DNA of 64,000 bases, from the NCBI GenBank assembly GCA_963753345.1, contig CAVWBU010000032.1, forward strand, positions 1 to 64,000. Reading direction: 5' to 3'. The first letter of the stretch is position 1, and each line of letters starts with the position of its first letter. The notes beneath the pieces are model-generated. The model was not told the DNA's origin. It ran no database searches and worked only from the letters and a program-made list of their open reading frames with translations. Positions 51,006-61,157 of this stretch are shown piece by piece. The translations under genes and the position numbers were made by a program. Origin of the DNA: an uncultured Fibrobacterota bacterium (lineage in GTDB: Bacteria > Fibrobacterota > Chitinivibrionia > Chitinivibrionales > FEN-1185).

Positions 51006-52127
51006 TCACTCTAGCCCGGCAGGCTGCATCCTAACCGACGCAACAAGAAACGGCACGCAGAAAATAAAGTACGAAATATCGAATTTCGATTCGAAAAATC
51101 CCGTGTGCAACCCGCATTCGAGCCCGGCGAGCAGCGTTGACACGGCGACAATCGAGAACATGAGCACGCCGCACAACCGGAGGCACCCCTCGAAGGTCCT
51201 CACGAACAATCCGCCCGCAACAGAAATCGCAAGGAATGCCGCGGTAACGGGCATGGGCGAGAAGGCCGACTGGAGAACCAGCGGGTTCTTTTGCGTAAAG
51301 GCGTTCCATCCCCAGAAAAGAAGCGGAACAAAGGTGAGGCAGAACCCAACAGCCATTCCGCCCGCCACCTTTGCAAATGCGGAAACGTCCCTGCGCTTGA
51401 GCAGCCTGTAGGATAGAAAACAGGCCAGGGGCAGTGCCGCGACGGCGCGCGTCGAGATAAGAAGGCCTCCCGCCATGCCGATCCAGAATAGCCGTCTCCC
51501 TTGGGGCGCACTCTTTTCCAGCCAGAACAGGTACACCACCACAAGCGCCATGTTGGCAAAAATCGTGCTCCGAACAATGACTTCGTATGCGAGCGCCGGC
51601 GAGGTCACCAGAAGAACGGTTTGCACAAGCAATGTCCGCGAATCCGCCTGCCGCCGGGCAAATACCGCGAACAGCGCGGCGAACGCAGCGAGGGTAAGCA
51701 CCCCGATTTCTCTGATGAAATAAAACGGGAAGGCGATGACAAAGTAGAACGGGAACGGCCCGGGCTGGTTGGCCTGGTTCGATTGGGCGAGATAGGGGTA
51801 GGTGCCTGCCATAAGGTTGTCGAGAAACGCGTTGATCACGCTCCAGCGGTCGTTCATGATGGTGTCAACTTTGACAAAATGGAGCGCAATCAGAAAGAAG
51901 AGCGTGAATGCGGCGGAGCACACCACGGCATAGCGCCGTTTGAAAAAGCCGACATTCAGGCGGGCGGCAAACAGGGGAACAGCAATGCAGAAAAAGGCAT
52001 AGCCTGCGGCGAGCGCAAGTGCGGCACCTCCGCTTATCCGTGAGGCGTATTTTACAATAAAGAGAAGGTTGACGATGCAGAGAAGCGTCAGGGTGACCGT
52101 GTTTCCCGGGGAGATTGTCTTATCCAT
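51006..52127 (-). CDS. polytopic membrane protein (GT-C/GT87-like)
   Basis: many hydrophobic segments; DRW..GTYPY..PGPFP. Confidence 0.6.
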   Translation of the reverse strand: MDKTISPGNTVTLTLLCIVNLLFIVKYASRISGGAALALAAGYAFFCIAVPLFAARLNVGFFKRRYAVVCSAAFTLFFLIALHFVKVDTIMNDRWSVINAFLDNLMAGTYPYLAQSNQANQPGPFPFYFVIAFPFYFIREIGVLTLAAFAALFAVFARRQADSRTLLVQTVLLVTSPALAYEVIVRSTIFANMALVVVYLFWLEKSAPQGRRLFWIGMAGGLLISTRAVAALPLACFLSYRLLKRRDVSAFAKVAGGMAVGFCLTFVPLLFWGWNAFTQKNPLVLQSAFSPMPVTAAFLAISVAGGLFVRTFEGCLRLCGVLMFSIVAVSTLLAGLECGLHTGFFESKFDISYFIFCVPFLVASVRMQPAGLE

Positions 52128-52213
52128 TGGTGGATAAAATAAATTCGGTGCTTGTAGTTGCATTGGAAAAGAAGAGGCGGAAGGTCGTGCCTAAAAGAAA
52201 AAATAAGTTTAGT

Positions 52214-52608
52214 GGGGGAAGTATCCCCCTGCCTGCGGCCGCCTCCGGCGTCCTCCGGCACCCCCTCCTGGGTGCACCCCTGGAAAGGGTAGTTGCAAAA
52301 CCATACTCTGCTGCGGGGGCACCCATGGAGAGTGGTTGTCAGCTTGAGGAGTTGAGAAGAAAAAGCGTTGAACAAGTAGAAAATGCGAAGAACAGTCTGA
52401 GCGTTATCATTGCGAAGCGGATTCTGGCGGGCGAAGAAGTATAATTGACAGAATAAATATCTGTTTGCCGCGCGTTAGGTGGACTGGAGGCCGCGCTGGA
52501 GCGGAGTGCCGCCCGACACCCGGCCCGCAGGGCATAGGGCAGGCGGCAACGAGGCGAAGGCCGAGACCGGAAGGGAGACCGACCCTCGCGAAGCGAGGGG
52601 AACGCCCA
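52214..52608 (+). repeat. composite element A (52214-52335) + B (52466-52608)
   Basis: gggggaagtatccccct...; tgccgcgcgttaggtgg...gggaacgccca. Confidence 0.85.
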
Positions 52609-52667
52609 GCGTATCTTATGTTGTCAGGGATATTGAAACTTGTACTATTGTCCCGATCCCTGTGAAT

Positions 52668-52696
52668 TTGACTTTGACCCGCTGTGGAAGTATATT
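52668..52696 (+). promoter_or_regulatory. sigma70-type promoter
   Basis: TTGACT-17 nt-TATATT upstream of the LRR gene. Confidence 0.5.
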
Positions 52697-52747
52697 ATTT
52701 ATATACTTTACAAATAGCACATTATCCTCTTATTAAAGGGGGATTCC

Positions 52748-53446
52748 ATGAAACGAACCGTTTTTATTATTCTTGCGATTGCCTCAACCTGCGCTTTCGG
52801 CCAGGCAAATTCTGAGCAGGTTGCCGTGGTGCGGACCATTCTCGACAGCGCCGGACTGCAGGGCGTCACCGTGGAGAGCGTGACCAAGGCCGATTCGCTC
52901 GGCAGGATCACCTCTCTCGACTTGACAAACAAGGAAATGGAGAAGGCCGGCGTCAAGGTGCTCCCGCCGTCCATCGGCACCCTTACATCCCTCACGACCC
53001 TGCTTCTCGGGCGCAACAGCATCACCGATGTCCCTCCGGAAATAGGCCGGCTCACGTCGCTTGTCAAACTGGACCTCCAATACAACCAGATCGGCGAACT
53101 GCCTTCCGAACTCGGCAGCTGCGTTGCCCTGCAGGAGCTGGACGTTCGCCAGAACCAGCTCTCAAAACTGCCGCGAGAGCTGTTTACGCTCAAGTCGCTC
53201 AGGGTCCTGCAATTGTGGGGCAACCGGTTCACCTCGCTGCCCGAGGAAATAACCAAGCTCACCTCGCTGCGGGAGCTGTACCTCATGAACAACAGGCTTT
53301 TCACCCTTCCCGACGGCATCGTGAAGATGAAATGGCTCACCTACGTTGATTTTCAGGACAACAAGATCTGCGCGCCGTCGGCGGAACTATCGGCCTGGCT
53401 CAAGAAATGGGACGACCGCTGGAAATCCAAGCAGAAATGCTGGTGA
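52748..53446 (+). CDS. secreted leucine-rich repeat protein
   Basis: signal peptide; 23-aa LPxxIGxLTSLxxLxLxxNxI repeats. Confidence 0.9.
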   Translation: MKRTVFIILAIASTCAFGQANSEQVAVVRTILDSAGLQGVTVESVTKADSLGRITSLDLTNKEMEKAGVKVLPPSIGTLTSLTTLLLGRNSITDVPPEIGRLTSLVKLDLQYNQIGELPSELGSCVALQELDVRQNQLSKLPRELFTLKSLRVLQLWGNRFTSLPEEITKLTSLRELYLMNNRLFTLPDGIVKMKWLTYVDFQDNKICAPSAELSAWLKKWDDRWKSKQKCW

Positions 53447-53741
53447 GGCGGGCAGCGACCGAGGCCCGCTATTTTCCTCTGTAAGCCGTAAAAACCCGCT
53501 TTCGCAAAGCCGTCTTCCCTGCGTACGAAGGCGATCGTCGCCGTGAACGACTGCACGGCGGCATTCGGTCCCACGTACTCCTCGCTCAGCCCGTTGCCCT
53601 TTTGCCGCAGAAATCACATAATTTTCCTTTGAAGAACCCTGCCCCAAGGGGCAGGGTTCTTCCTTGCCTAAGGAAAATATATTTATAATCCGCCCGCTAA
53701 CCCCGCTCCAAGTCGCGGGGATTGCGCGGGCTGAGGCGTTC

Positions 53742-55515
53742 ATGGATGTCATCACGCAGAAACAGGCAGGAGTACCCCTGGCATTTCTTCCCACCACGCG
53801 CGAAGAAATGCATGGCACTGGGCATTGAGCAGCTCGACGTTATCATCGTAACGGGCGACGCCTACGTCGACCATCCCGCATTCGGCGCAGCCATGGTCGG
53901 ACGGTACCTCCAGTCGCTCGGAGTAACCGTGGGCATCATCGCAATGCCCGATGTAAACGACCCGTCGCAGTTTGCCGCGCTCGGGCAGCCGCGGTATTTC
54001 TTCGGCGTGACCGCGGGCAATGTCGATTCCATGGTGTCGCTGTTTACGGCCCAGAAAAAGCCGCGAAGCGACGACCCGTATGTTCCGGGCGGCAGGGCGG
54101 GCGTGCGTCCGCAGCGCGCCGTCATCGCCTATTGCAACGCGATCCGTCAGGCGTTCGGCGGCGCGGCCATCGTGATCGGCGGCGTGGAGGCGAGCCTGCG
54201 CCGCATCGTGCACTACGACTTCTGGTCCGATTCCCTTCGCCAGCCCATTCTGCTCGACGCAAAGGCCGACCTTCTCGCCTACGGCATGGCCGAGCACCCG
54301 CTGCGGGCCGTTGTTGCGCGCTGCAAGCGGGGAGAGCCGCTGTCCGGCATGCTCGACATTCCCGGTACCGCGGTACGCCTCGGCAAAGCCGCGCTTGACG
54401 CCGTGACTGCCGATCCGAAGAACAGATTCGTGCGGCTGCCGTCCTTCGAGGAGATCAGGAATTCGCGGGAGGCGTTTTCCCGCATGACAAGACTGTTCTA
54501 CGAAAACCCGGAGGCGGCGTTTCTGCAGGAAAGCGGCACCCTTGCAGTACTTGTCAACAAGCCCGCCGAACCGCTTACGCAGGGAGAAATCGACCGCATC
54601 TACGAACTGCCGTTTACCTACCATCCGCACCCGTCCTACAAACAGTCCGTTCCCGCGTACGAACAGATACGGGACTCCATCACCGCGGTGCGCGGGTGTT
54701 TCGGCGGGTGCAATTTCTGCGGCCTCGGCGCGCACCAGGGAAAAACCGTCCAGAGCAGGTCAAAGGAATCGGTGGTGCGGGAGATACGGAGGCGGTCGCA
54801 GCTTCCCGGATGGAAAGGGATCGTGTCGGACCTCGGCGGTCCCACTGCCAACATGTACGGCCTGTTCTGCAAACGGCCCAAGGATGGCAAACCCTGCACG
54901 CGCAGGAGCTGCCTCGCGCCTTCGGCGTGCGCGTTTCTGCACGCCAACCAGTCGGCGTTCGCCGATCTTATCCGCACGGTGTGCGGGCTCGACATGGTAA
55001 AGCATGTGTCAATCAACTCCGGCGTGCGCATGGACCTCGCCCTGCTCTGGCCCGAGATCATCGACGTTGTCGCGAAAAAGGCGACGGGCGGCCAGCTTTC
55101 CGTTGCGCCCGAGCACGTGTCGCGCGCCGTGCTTTCGGCAATGGGGAAACCCGAGGAAACCGGATGGCAGAGGTTCGAGGAACTCTTCGCGGCCGCAAGC
55201 GCGCGCGCCGGCAAGCAGCAGTTCCTTGTGCCGTATCTTATCGCGGGCCACCCCGGCAGCACGCTCAAGGACGCCGCAGATCTCGGCGAATACCTCCGGC
55301 GCAGGGGCCTGCGGCCGCGCAACGTGCAGGAATACATCCCCATCCCCATGACCGTGTCGTGCTCCGTGTATGCCACCGGCGAAGACCCGTTTACAGGAAG
55401 GAAAGTGCCGGTCACCTACAAGCTGAGCGAGGTGCGGCGGCAGAAGGAGCTCATCATGTGGTGGCAGGAACAAACGCCGCCCCCTCGCCGCGACCGCAGG
55501 GGAGGCCGGCGGTGA
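53742..55515 (+). CDS. ygiQ: YgiQ (UPF0313) radical SAM protein; frameshift near 53811
   Basis: FLPTTREEM / DVIIVTGDAYVDHP, GNVDSMV, RGCFGGCNFC, DLGGPTANMY. Confidence 0.88.
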
Positions 55516-55551
55516 AGAACGGTTCCGTGCCGCCCTTCCACGCAGCCCGCC

Positions 55552-56530
55552 GTGTCCGCGCCGCCGGGCCGTGATGCCCTAGTCCATGCCATTCACAAAG
55601 GCGAATTCTGGAAACCCTGCCCCGGCACGACGCAGGGGTATTTGTGCTGCGGCTACCAGATCCTCACCCCGCTCACGGGCTGCGGCATGTACTGCAGGTA
55701 CTGCGTTTTGCAGGCGTATCTCGAAAACCAGGCGCAGGTCGTATTCGACAATTTTTCCGATCTGGAAAGCGGAGGTCCGCGGCAAGCTTGCCGTATGGAA
55801 GGGCGTGGTGCGGTTCGGCACCGGCGAATTCGGCGACAGCCTGTACCTCGAAGACAAACTCCGTCTGAGCGAAAAAATCGCGGCACTGCTTGATCCCTTT
55901 CCGAATGCGCTCGTTGAATTCAAGACAAAAAGCACAAACATAGGCAGCCTTGCGAAGATAAGGAACCCGCAAAAAGTCATGGTCGGGTTTTCCATGAACA
56001 CGCCGCGCATGATCTCATTGTTCGAGCACGGCACCGCGCTGCTCGAAGACCGGCTTGCGGCTGCGCAACGCTGTCTCGACATGGGCTTCTGGGTCGCGTT
56101 CCACTTCGACCCGATTTTGTGGTATCCGGAATGGAAACAGGAGTACCTCGATGTCGTTTCCCGCATACTCGGCGCCGTTTCCGATACGTCAAGGATCGCC
56201 TGGTGGAGCCTGGGCGGCTTTCGCTCATCGCCTGCGCTCAAGGCGCTGCTCAAGAAAACGAACGCGCACCTTCCGCTGTTCGCCATGGGCGAGCTTGTGC
56301 AGGGAGAGGACGGGAAAATCAGGTATTACCGGCCCATTCGGGTGGAATTCTATTCGGCGATACGGGAAGAAGTAGAAAGGCGAGATCCGGATATTCCGCT
56401 TTATTTGTGCATGGAGAGTCCGGAAGTATGGGAAGAAGCGGGGATGATGAAGAGAATTCCAAAAGGATTAGTGAGATATCTTGATGAGAGGGCGGAGAAT
56501 ATGTTGGGCATTGCAATAAGTAAAGATTAG
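55552..56530 (+). CDS. spore photoproduct lyase-like radical SAM; frameshift near 55770
   Basis: KPCPGT..CCGY..GCGMYCRYCVLQAY; GTGEFGDSL, EFKTKS, FHFDPI, YLCMES. Confidence 0.8.
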
Positions 56531-56536
56531 TTTGGT

Positions 56537-56886
56537 GGGGGAAGTATCCCCCTGCCTGCGGCCCTGCGGTCCTCCGGCACCCCCTTCCTGGGCGGCCCCC
56601 AAGGAAGTTGATTTGCGAGAAAGTTGCTTGGGTTGGGGGGCACCCACGGAGAGGTGTTGAAAAGTACAAAGAAGAAGCTTTGATCATTTTCTTGATGATT
56701 CAAGATGGCGGGAAAAATGATCTTGACCGAATAGATTTCTTCTGCCGCGCGTTAGGTGGACCGTAGGGTGAGCTAGAGCGAATTGTCACTTCGTTCCCCA
56801 AGGTATGGAAATAGCGCTTCGCGCTTCATTATTGTGTCTCTTGCCTTGTGCCGGCCGACGACCCTTGGAAGCACCCGGCGGGGTGA
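56537..56886 (+). repeat. composite element A (56537-56656) + disrupted B
   Basis: B start at 56742-56785; cgacgacccttggaagcaccc fragment at 56856-56886. Confidence 0.75.
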
Positions 56887-57005
56887 TGGAGAGTCCGGAG
56901 GTGTGGGGAGAAGCGGGGATGATGAGAAGAATTCCAAGAGGGTTGGTGAGATATCTGGATGAGAGGGCGGAGAAAATGTTGGGAATTCCAAAAAGTAAAT
57001 ATTGA
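56887..57005 (+). pseudogene. diverged duplicate of the last ~39 codons of the SPL-like gene
   Basis: MESPEVWGEAGMMRRIPRGLVRYLDERAEKMLGIPKSKY* vs MESPEVWEEAGMMKRIPKGLVRYLDERAENMLGIAISKD*. Confidence 0.9.
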
Positions 57006-57011
57006 TTTGGC

Positions 57012-57397
57012 GGGGGAGGTTTCCCCCTCACTCCGGCCCGGCACGCGCGACATTTTTTCCATGACTTCCCGCGCGCCGGTTCTCCGCTACCCCCTCCTGG
57101 GTGGCCCCCAAGGAAGTGGATTTGCAAGAAAGAACCGTCGGCTGCGGGGGCACCGAAAGAAATAGTTGAAGCGTTGAATGGTTGAAAAGCATAGACTGAT
57201 TCATGGCGTATGCGGATTGGCGCGGGAAGAAGCAATTGACTGATAAGATTTCTTCTGCCGCGCGTTAGGTGGACCGTAGGGTGAGCTAGAGCGAATTGCC
57301 GGCCGACCCGGCCGACAGGCATAGGGCGGACCGGCAACGAGGCGAACAGCCGAGCCCGAAGGGAGACCGGCCCGAGCGAAGCGAGGGAAACGCCCAA
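57012..57397 (+). repeat. composite element A (57012-57160) + B (57256-57397)
   Basis: complete copy. Confidence 0.85.
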
Positions 57398-57442
57398 ATC
57401 TTATATTCATATTAATTACCATCAACCATTTTTATAAAGGCT

Positions 57443-58418
57443 ATGAATACTACAAACCCTCTTGCCATTGGATCAATTGCTCTCGGCGAAATTCCCCGCG
57501 TGGTCGCGGTCATCGACGAATTTCTCGACATGCACCGCATCGCTGCGCTTGCAAAGACCGGCGCGGACATCCTGGAAATGCGGTTCGACCTGCTGGGCGA
57601 CGACATCCCGTCGCTATGTGTATATGTTGACAAAATCAAGAAGACCACAAATTTCCCCTGCATCGGCACCATCCGCGAGACGGACGGCAACCGGCACAAG
57701 CGGATGGACATGTTCAAGTCGGTGATCCCGTTCGTGGACGCAGTCGACATAGAGATCGACGCATCGATCGCGCAGCAGGTGATCGCTCATGCGGCGGGGA
57801 AAACCGTGATCGTGTCGGAGCACGATTTCGAGAAGACGCCCGACATCGCGCATCTGCACGCCATTGCCGACAGGGCGCACGAGCCTCGGCGCCCACATTG
57901 TAAAGATCGCGGCAATGGCGCACAGCCGTCAAGATGTGGCGCGGCTGCTCGCGTTCGCGTCCGAATGCGCATGGCCGGTGGTGGTGATCGCCATGGGCGA
58001 TTTCGGCACCATCTCGCGCGTCCTGGCGCCGGTGTTCGGGTCGCTGTTCACGTACGGGTTTTTAAGATCGGCGGTCGCGCCCGGCCAGATTCCGGTTGGT
58101 AAATTGGTCGAAGAGCTGCGATTATATTATCCTCATATCAATAGTAAATCTAATCAGTTTTCAAATTCTGGTGGGGGCACCTCCTTGGCATCGGTTTCCC
58201 CCGGGCTCCGGCTTCCTCGCCTTCGCTTGCGGTGTCCTGCGCCTATCGCCCTTCCAGTTGGGCCGGCGCAACCGTCCGCGGGGCGGCAACGCTTGCGCGC
58301 TCGCGCGGCGTCACCCGTTCACGCTTCGCCCCTGCGCAAGAAATGCGCCTTCGCGCAATGTAATCAGTGCATTCGTCACTCGCAAATGCAACCATCGGTC
58401 GTGACAACAGACGATTGA
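57443..58418 (+). CDS. aroD: type I 3-dehydroquinate dehydratase; frameshift near 57880, homology ends near 58135
   Basis: ADILEMRFD, GTIR, DAVDIE, IVSEHDFEKTP, IVKIA, IAMG..G.ISRV, APGQI. Confidence 0.85.
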
Positions 58419-58445
58419 CTTATCGAAGATCTAAATTGCCGTTTT

Positions 58446-58627
58446 CTGCGTTAGGCAGGACTGGAAGTCCCGCTATAGCGGGATGCCGCCTGACCACGGC
58501 CCGCAGGGCCATCGTGGCAGGCGGCCCGAGGCCGAAGGCCGACGACCCTTGGAAGCACCCGAAGGGGTGGACCGGAAGGAGGGCCGACCCGACCCCGAGC
58601 TGTGTCGAGGGGGAGGGGAACGCCCAA
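58446..58627 (+). repeat. module B (preceded by an A-like variant at ~58170-58260)
   Basis: gcgttaggcagg...gccgcctgaccacggcccgcagggccatcgtggcaggcggc...gggaacgcccaa. Confidence 0.8.
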
Positions 58628-58643
58628 ATCATTTATCGGGATG

Positions 58644-59324
58644 TTATGTTGTGCTTCTTGACCCCTTTTTCTGGCTTCGAAAAACAAATATCCTCACCCC
58701 GATGGTAATGACAAGCGCGACAAGCGTAAAGATTATTGAAATTGTCAATTGGTAATCGATGTTTTTGTATACGCGGATATCGTGCCGCTGTTTGACCCCG
58801 TCCAGATAGCCCAGCAGGCTGTCGAGCGTTTCAAACTCGTGTTTCATCGGTCCGGTGATAACATCGACCGCCTCGCCCGTAGCCTCCGATTTCGACAATG
58901 CGATGAGTGAATCGATGGTGATTGCGCATTCTGCAAACGATGCGCCAGCCTCTCCGACAAGACGGGAGCTCTTTTTGGTGCCGTAGAACGGCTTGGACTT
59001 TGCAATCAGTTCTCCCACCTCACGCTTGTGGGTGAGGATTTTCTCGGTGACAAGGTACTTTTCGTCGACGTCGGTAAGCAGGAACAGATTGTTGATGTCC
59101 TTGTTGATGGAAAGAAGTTTTATCCGCGCGGTCTGAATGTAGTTCTGGCCGATAAGGTCGGTCTTGAACATGCCCTCCAGATTATTTTGAAGCGAAAAGA
59201 TGTATTGAATGGTGGAGAGGTTGGCGATGAGCGCAATAACCACGGCGACCACCAGGCCCCAGGTGGGGTTGTGGATGAGGGCGGAAATGACAAAGCGGAA
59301 TAACGCGGCTATCTTCTTGATCAT
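58644..59324 (-). CDS. MCP four-helix-bundle sensor-like membrane protein
   Basis: TM - helical periplasmic domain - TM, with short cytoplasmic tail. Confidence 0.6.
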   Translation of the reverse strand: MIKKIAALFRFVISALIHNPTWGLVVAVVIALIANLSTIQYIFSLQNNLEGMFKTDLIGQNYIQTARIKLLSINKDINNLFLLTDVDEKYLVTEKILTHKREVGELIAKSKPFYGTKKSSRLVGEAGASFAECAITIDSLIALSKSEATGEAVDVITGPMKHEFETLDSLLGYLDGVKQRHDIRVYKNIDYQLTISIIFTLVALVITIGVRIFVFRSQKKGSRSTT

Positions 59325-59391
59325 CCTGCAGTCCTTTGTCCCAGGTCGGGGCACACGCCATGATCAATCATCCGCATCTTTTCTTTCGGCG

Positions 59392-60412
59392 TTATTTCCC
59401 GCCCGTCATTTCAACCAGCTTCCGCAGTTTCTCCATCGCCTTGCCTTTGTCAATCGCCTTCTGCGCCATCGCGATCCCCTCTTTGGGGTCTTTGGCCACG
59501 CCGCTTGCGGCAATGGCGAACGCCGGCGTTGAGCGCCACGATGTCGCGCCGCGGCCCCTTTTCGCCCGAAAGCACCGCCTTGACAATTGCGGCATTCTCC
59601 TGTGCCGTGCCGCCCGCGATGTCCGATAGAATCCCCCGTTTGAATCCGAAGTCCTCGGGCCGAATATCGTACGACCGTACCGCTCCGTCGGCAAGTTCGG
59701 CGACGTGCGTTTCCGCGGTGATGGTGATCTCGTCAAGGTGATCGGCGCCGTGCACCACATAGGCCTTGGTGCTTCCCAGGTTGAGCAGCACCCGTGCCAG
59801 GGTAGGGGCAAGGCCGGGCGAGAACACGCCGAGGAGCTGGCGCTTGGCCATGGAAGGATTGGTGAGCGGGCCGAGGATGTTGAACACCGTGCGGATGCCT
59901 ATTTCCTTCCTGGGCCCGATGGCGAACTTCATCGCTTTGTGTAGAGACGGCGCGAACAGGAAGCAGATGCCGATTTCGTCAAGGCACTGCTTCATGATTG
60001 CCGGGTCGGCGCCGATGTTCACGCCGAGCGCCTCAAGCACGTCGGCGCTCCCGCATTTGCTCGACACGCTTCTGTTGCCGTGCTTGGCCACCGTTGCGCC
60101 CGCGCCGGCCGCGACAAAGGCCGCGGCGGTCGAGATGTTGAACGTATGCGCGCCGTCGCCACCCGTGCCGCACGTGTCAACCACGTGACGCTCATCGCTT
60201 GCCAGAACGTGCGTGGCCTTCTCGCGCATCACGGTGGCCGCGGCCGTAATTTCGTCGGCGGTTTCGCCCTTCATGCGCAGCGCCACGATGAAGGCCGCGA
60301 TCTGCGCGTCGGTGGCGCTGCCGCTCATGATGTCGTTGAACACGTCCCTCGCCTCGTTCACCGCAAGGTTCGCGCCCGAGGTGACCTGCCGGATTGCCTC
60401 CACGATATTCAT
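59392..60412 (-). CDS. trpD: anthranilate phosphoribosyltransferase; frameshift near 59525
   Basis: ALRMKGET, DTCGTGGDG..TFNIST, KHGNRSVSSKCGSAD, RTVFNILGPLTNP. Confidence 0.93.
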
Positions 60413-60536
60413 GCCCGAGTCCTTTCGCGTGTGCCGTGCGCAAATGTGAACAAAATATATATTCTACCACGGCGCAGCCCGGATTCGGCATTGCCGCGCC
60501 GCTTGATAAACAATCACTAATGTAGTACAATAGGAT

Positions 60537-61139
60537 ATGTCCCTGGATAAGGAACAGTGCAGGCCCTCGGCGGTGTTTGCGTCGTCTGCCGCGAACATTC
60601 GCGACATTCCCCAAGGTTCTGAACGGGAATTTTGCGTTTTCGGTAGGTCGAACGTGGGGAAGTCGTCGTTTATCAACCATGTGTTCTCCAACGGGTCGCT
60701 GGCGCGGGTCTCGAAGACGCCGGGCAAGACCACGCTTGCCAATTTCTACAGGGTGAGCGACGGGAGTGTCTGGGCCGACCTCCCGGGCTACGGATACGCG
60801 CACAAGGCCAGGAGCGAACAGGTGCGATGGTCGCGCCTAGTGGCCGATTACTGCGAAAAGCGGGGAAACCTTTGCGGCGTGATCTGGCTTTGCGACAGCC
60901 GGCACCCGGGGCTGCCCCTTGACAAAGAGGCTTTGGCCTGGCTCTCGTCGCTGTCGCTGCCCGTGCTTGCGGTGCTCACCAAGGCCGACAAGCTGTCGGC
61001 GCGGGAGCGTGCCGAAAATCCTGCACGGTTCGTGCGGGAACTGCGTCTTGCGGAGCCTCCGGTCCTCTATTCCACCCGTCACGAGGAGGCGCGGCAGAGG
61101 TTCTGGGAGCGATATGAGGCCTGGGCGAGTGGCCGATAA
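60537..61139 (+). CDS. engB: ribosome biogenesis GTPase EngB/YsxC
   Basis: GRSNVGKSS, SKTPGKT, DLPGYGY, TKADK. Confidence 0.92.
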   Translation: MSLDKEQCRPSAVFASSAANIRDIPQGSEREFCVFGRSNVGKSSFINHVFSNGSLARVSKTPGKTTLANFYRVSDGSVWADLPGYGYAHKARSEQVRWSRLVADYCEKRGNLCGVIWLCDSRHPGLPLDKEALAWLSSLSLPVLAVLTKADKLSARERAENPARFVRELRLAEPPVLYSTRHEEARQRFWERYEAWASGR

Positions 61140-61157
61140 CGAAAAGGGATGTTTTGC

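Noticed and set aside
57256-57397. Module B as a group II intron remnant, tRNA, SRP or riboswitch
   Set aside because: No domain V, cloverleaf or known aptamer consensus recognised; flanking genes and orientation are inconsistent with a cis-regulator.
58135-58418. C-terminal extension of AroD as a real domain
   Set aside because: It runs through hairpin repeat DNA with low-complexity translation; probably a lost or shifted stop.
39375-58627. A/B repeats as a CRISPR array
   Set aside because: Dispersed, long, variable repeats with no regular repeat-spacer period and no cas genes.
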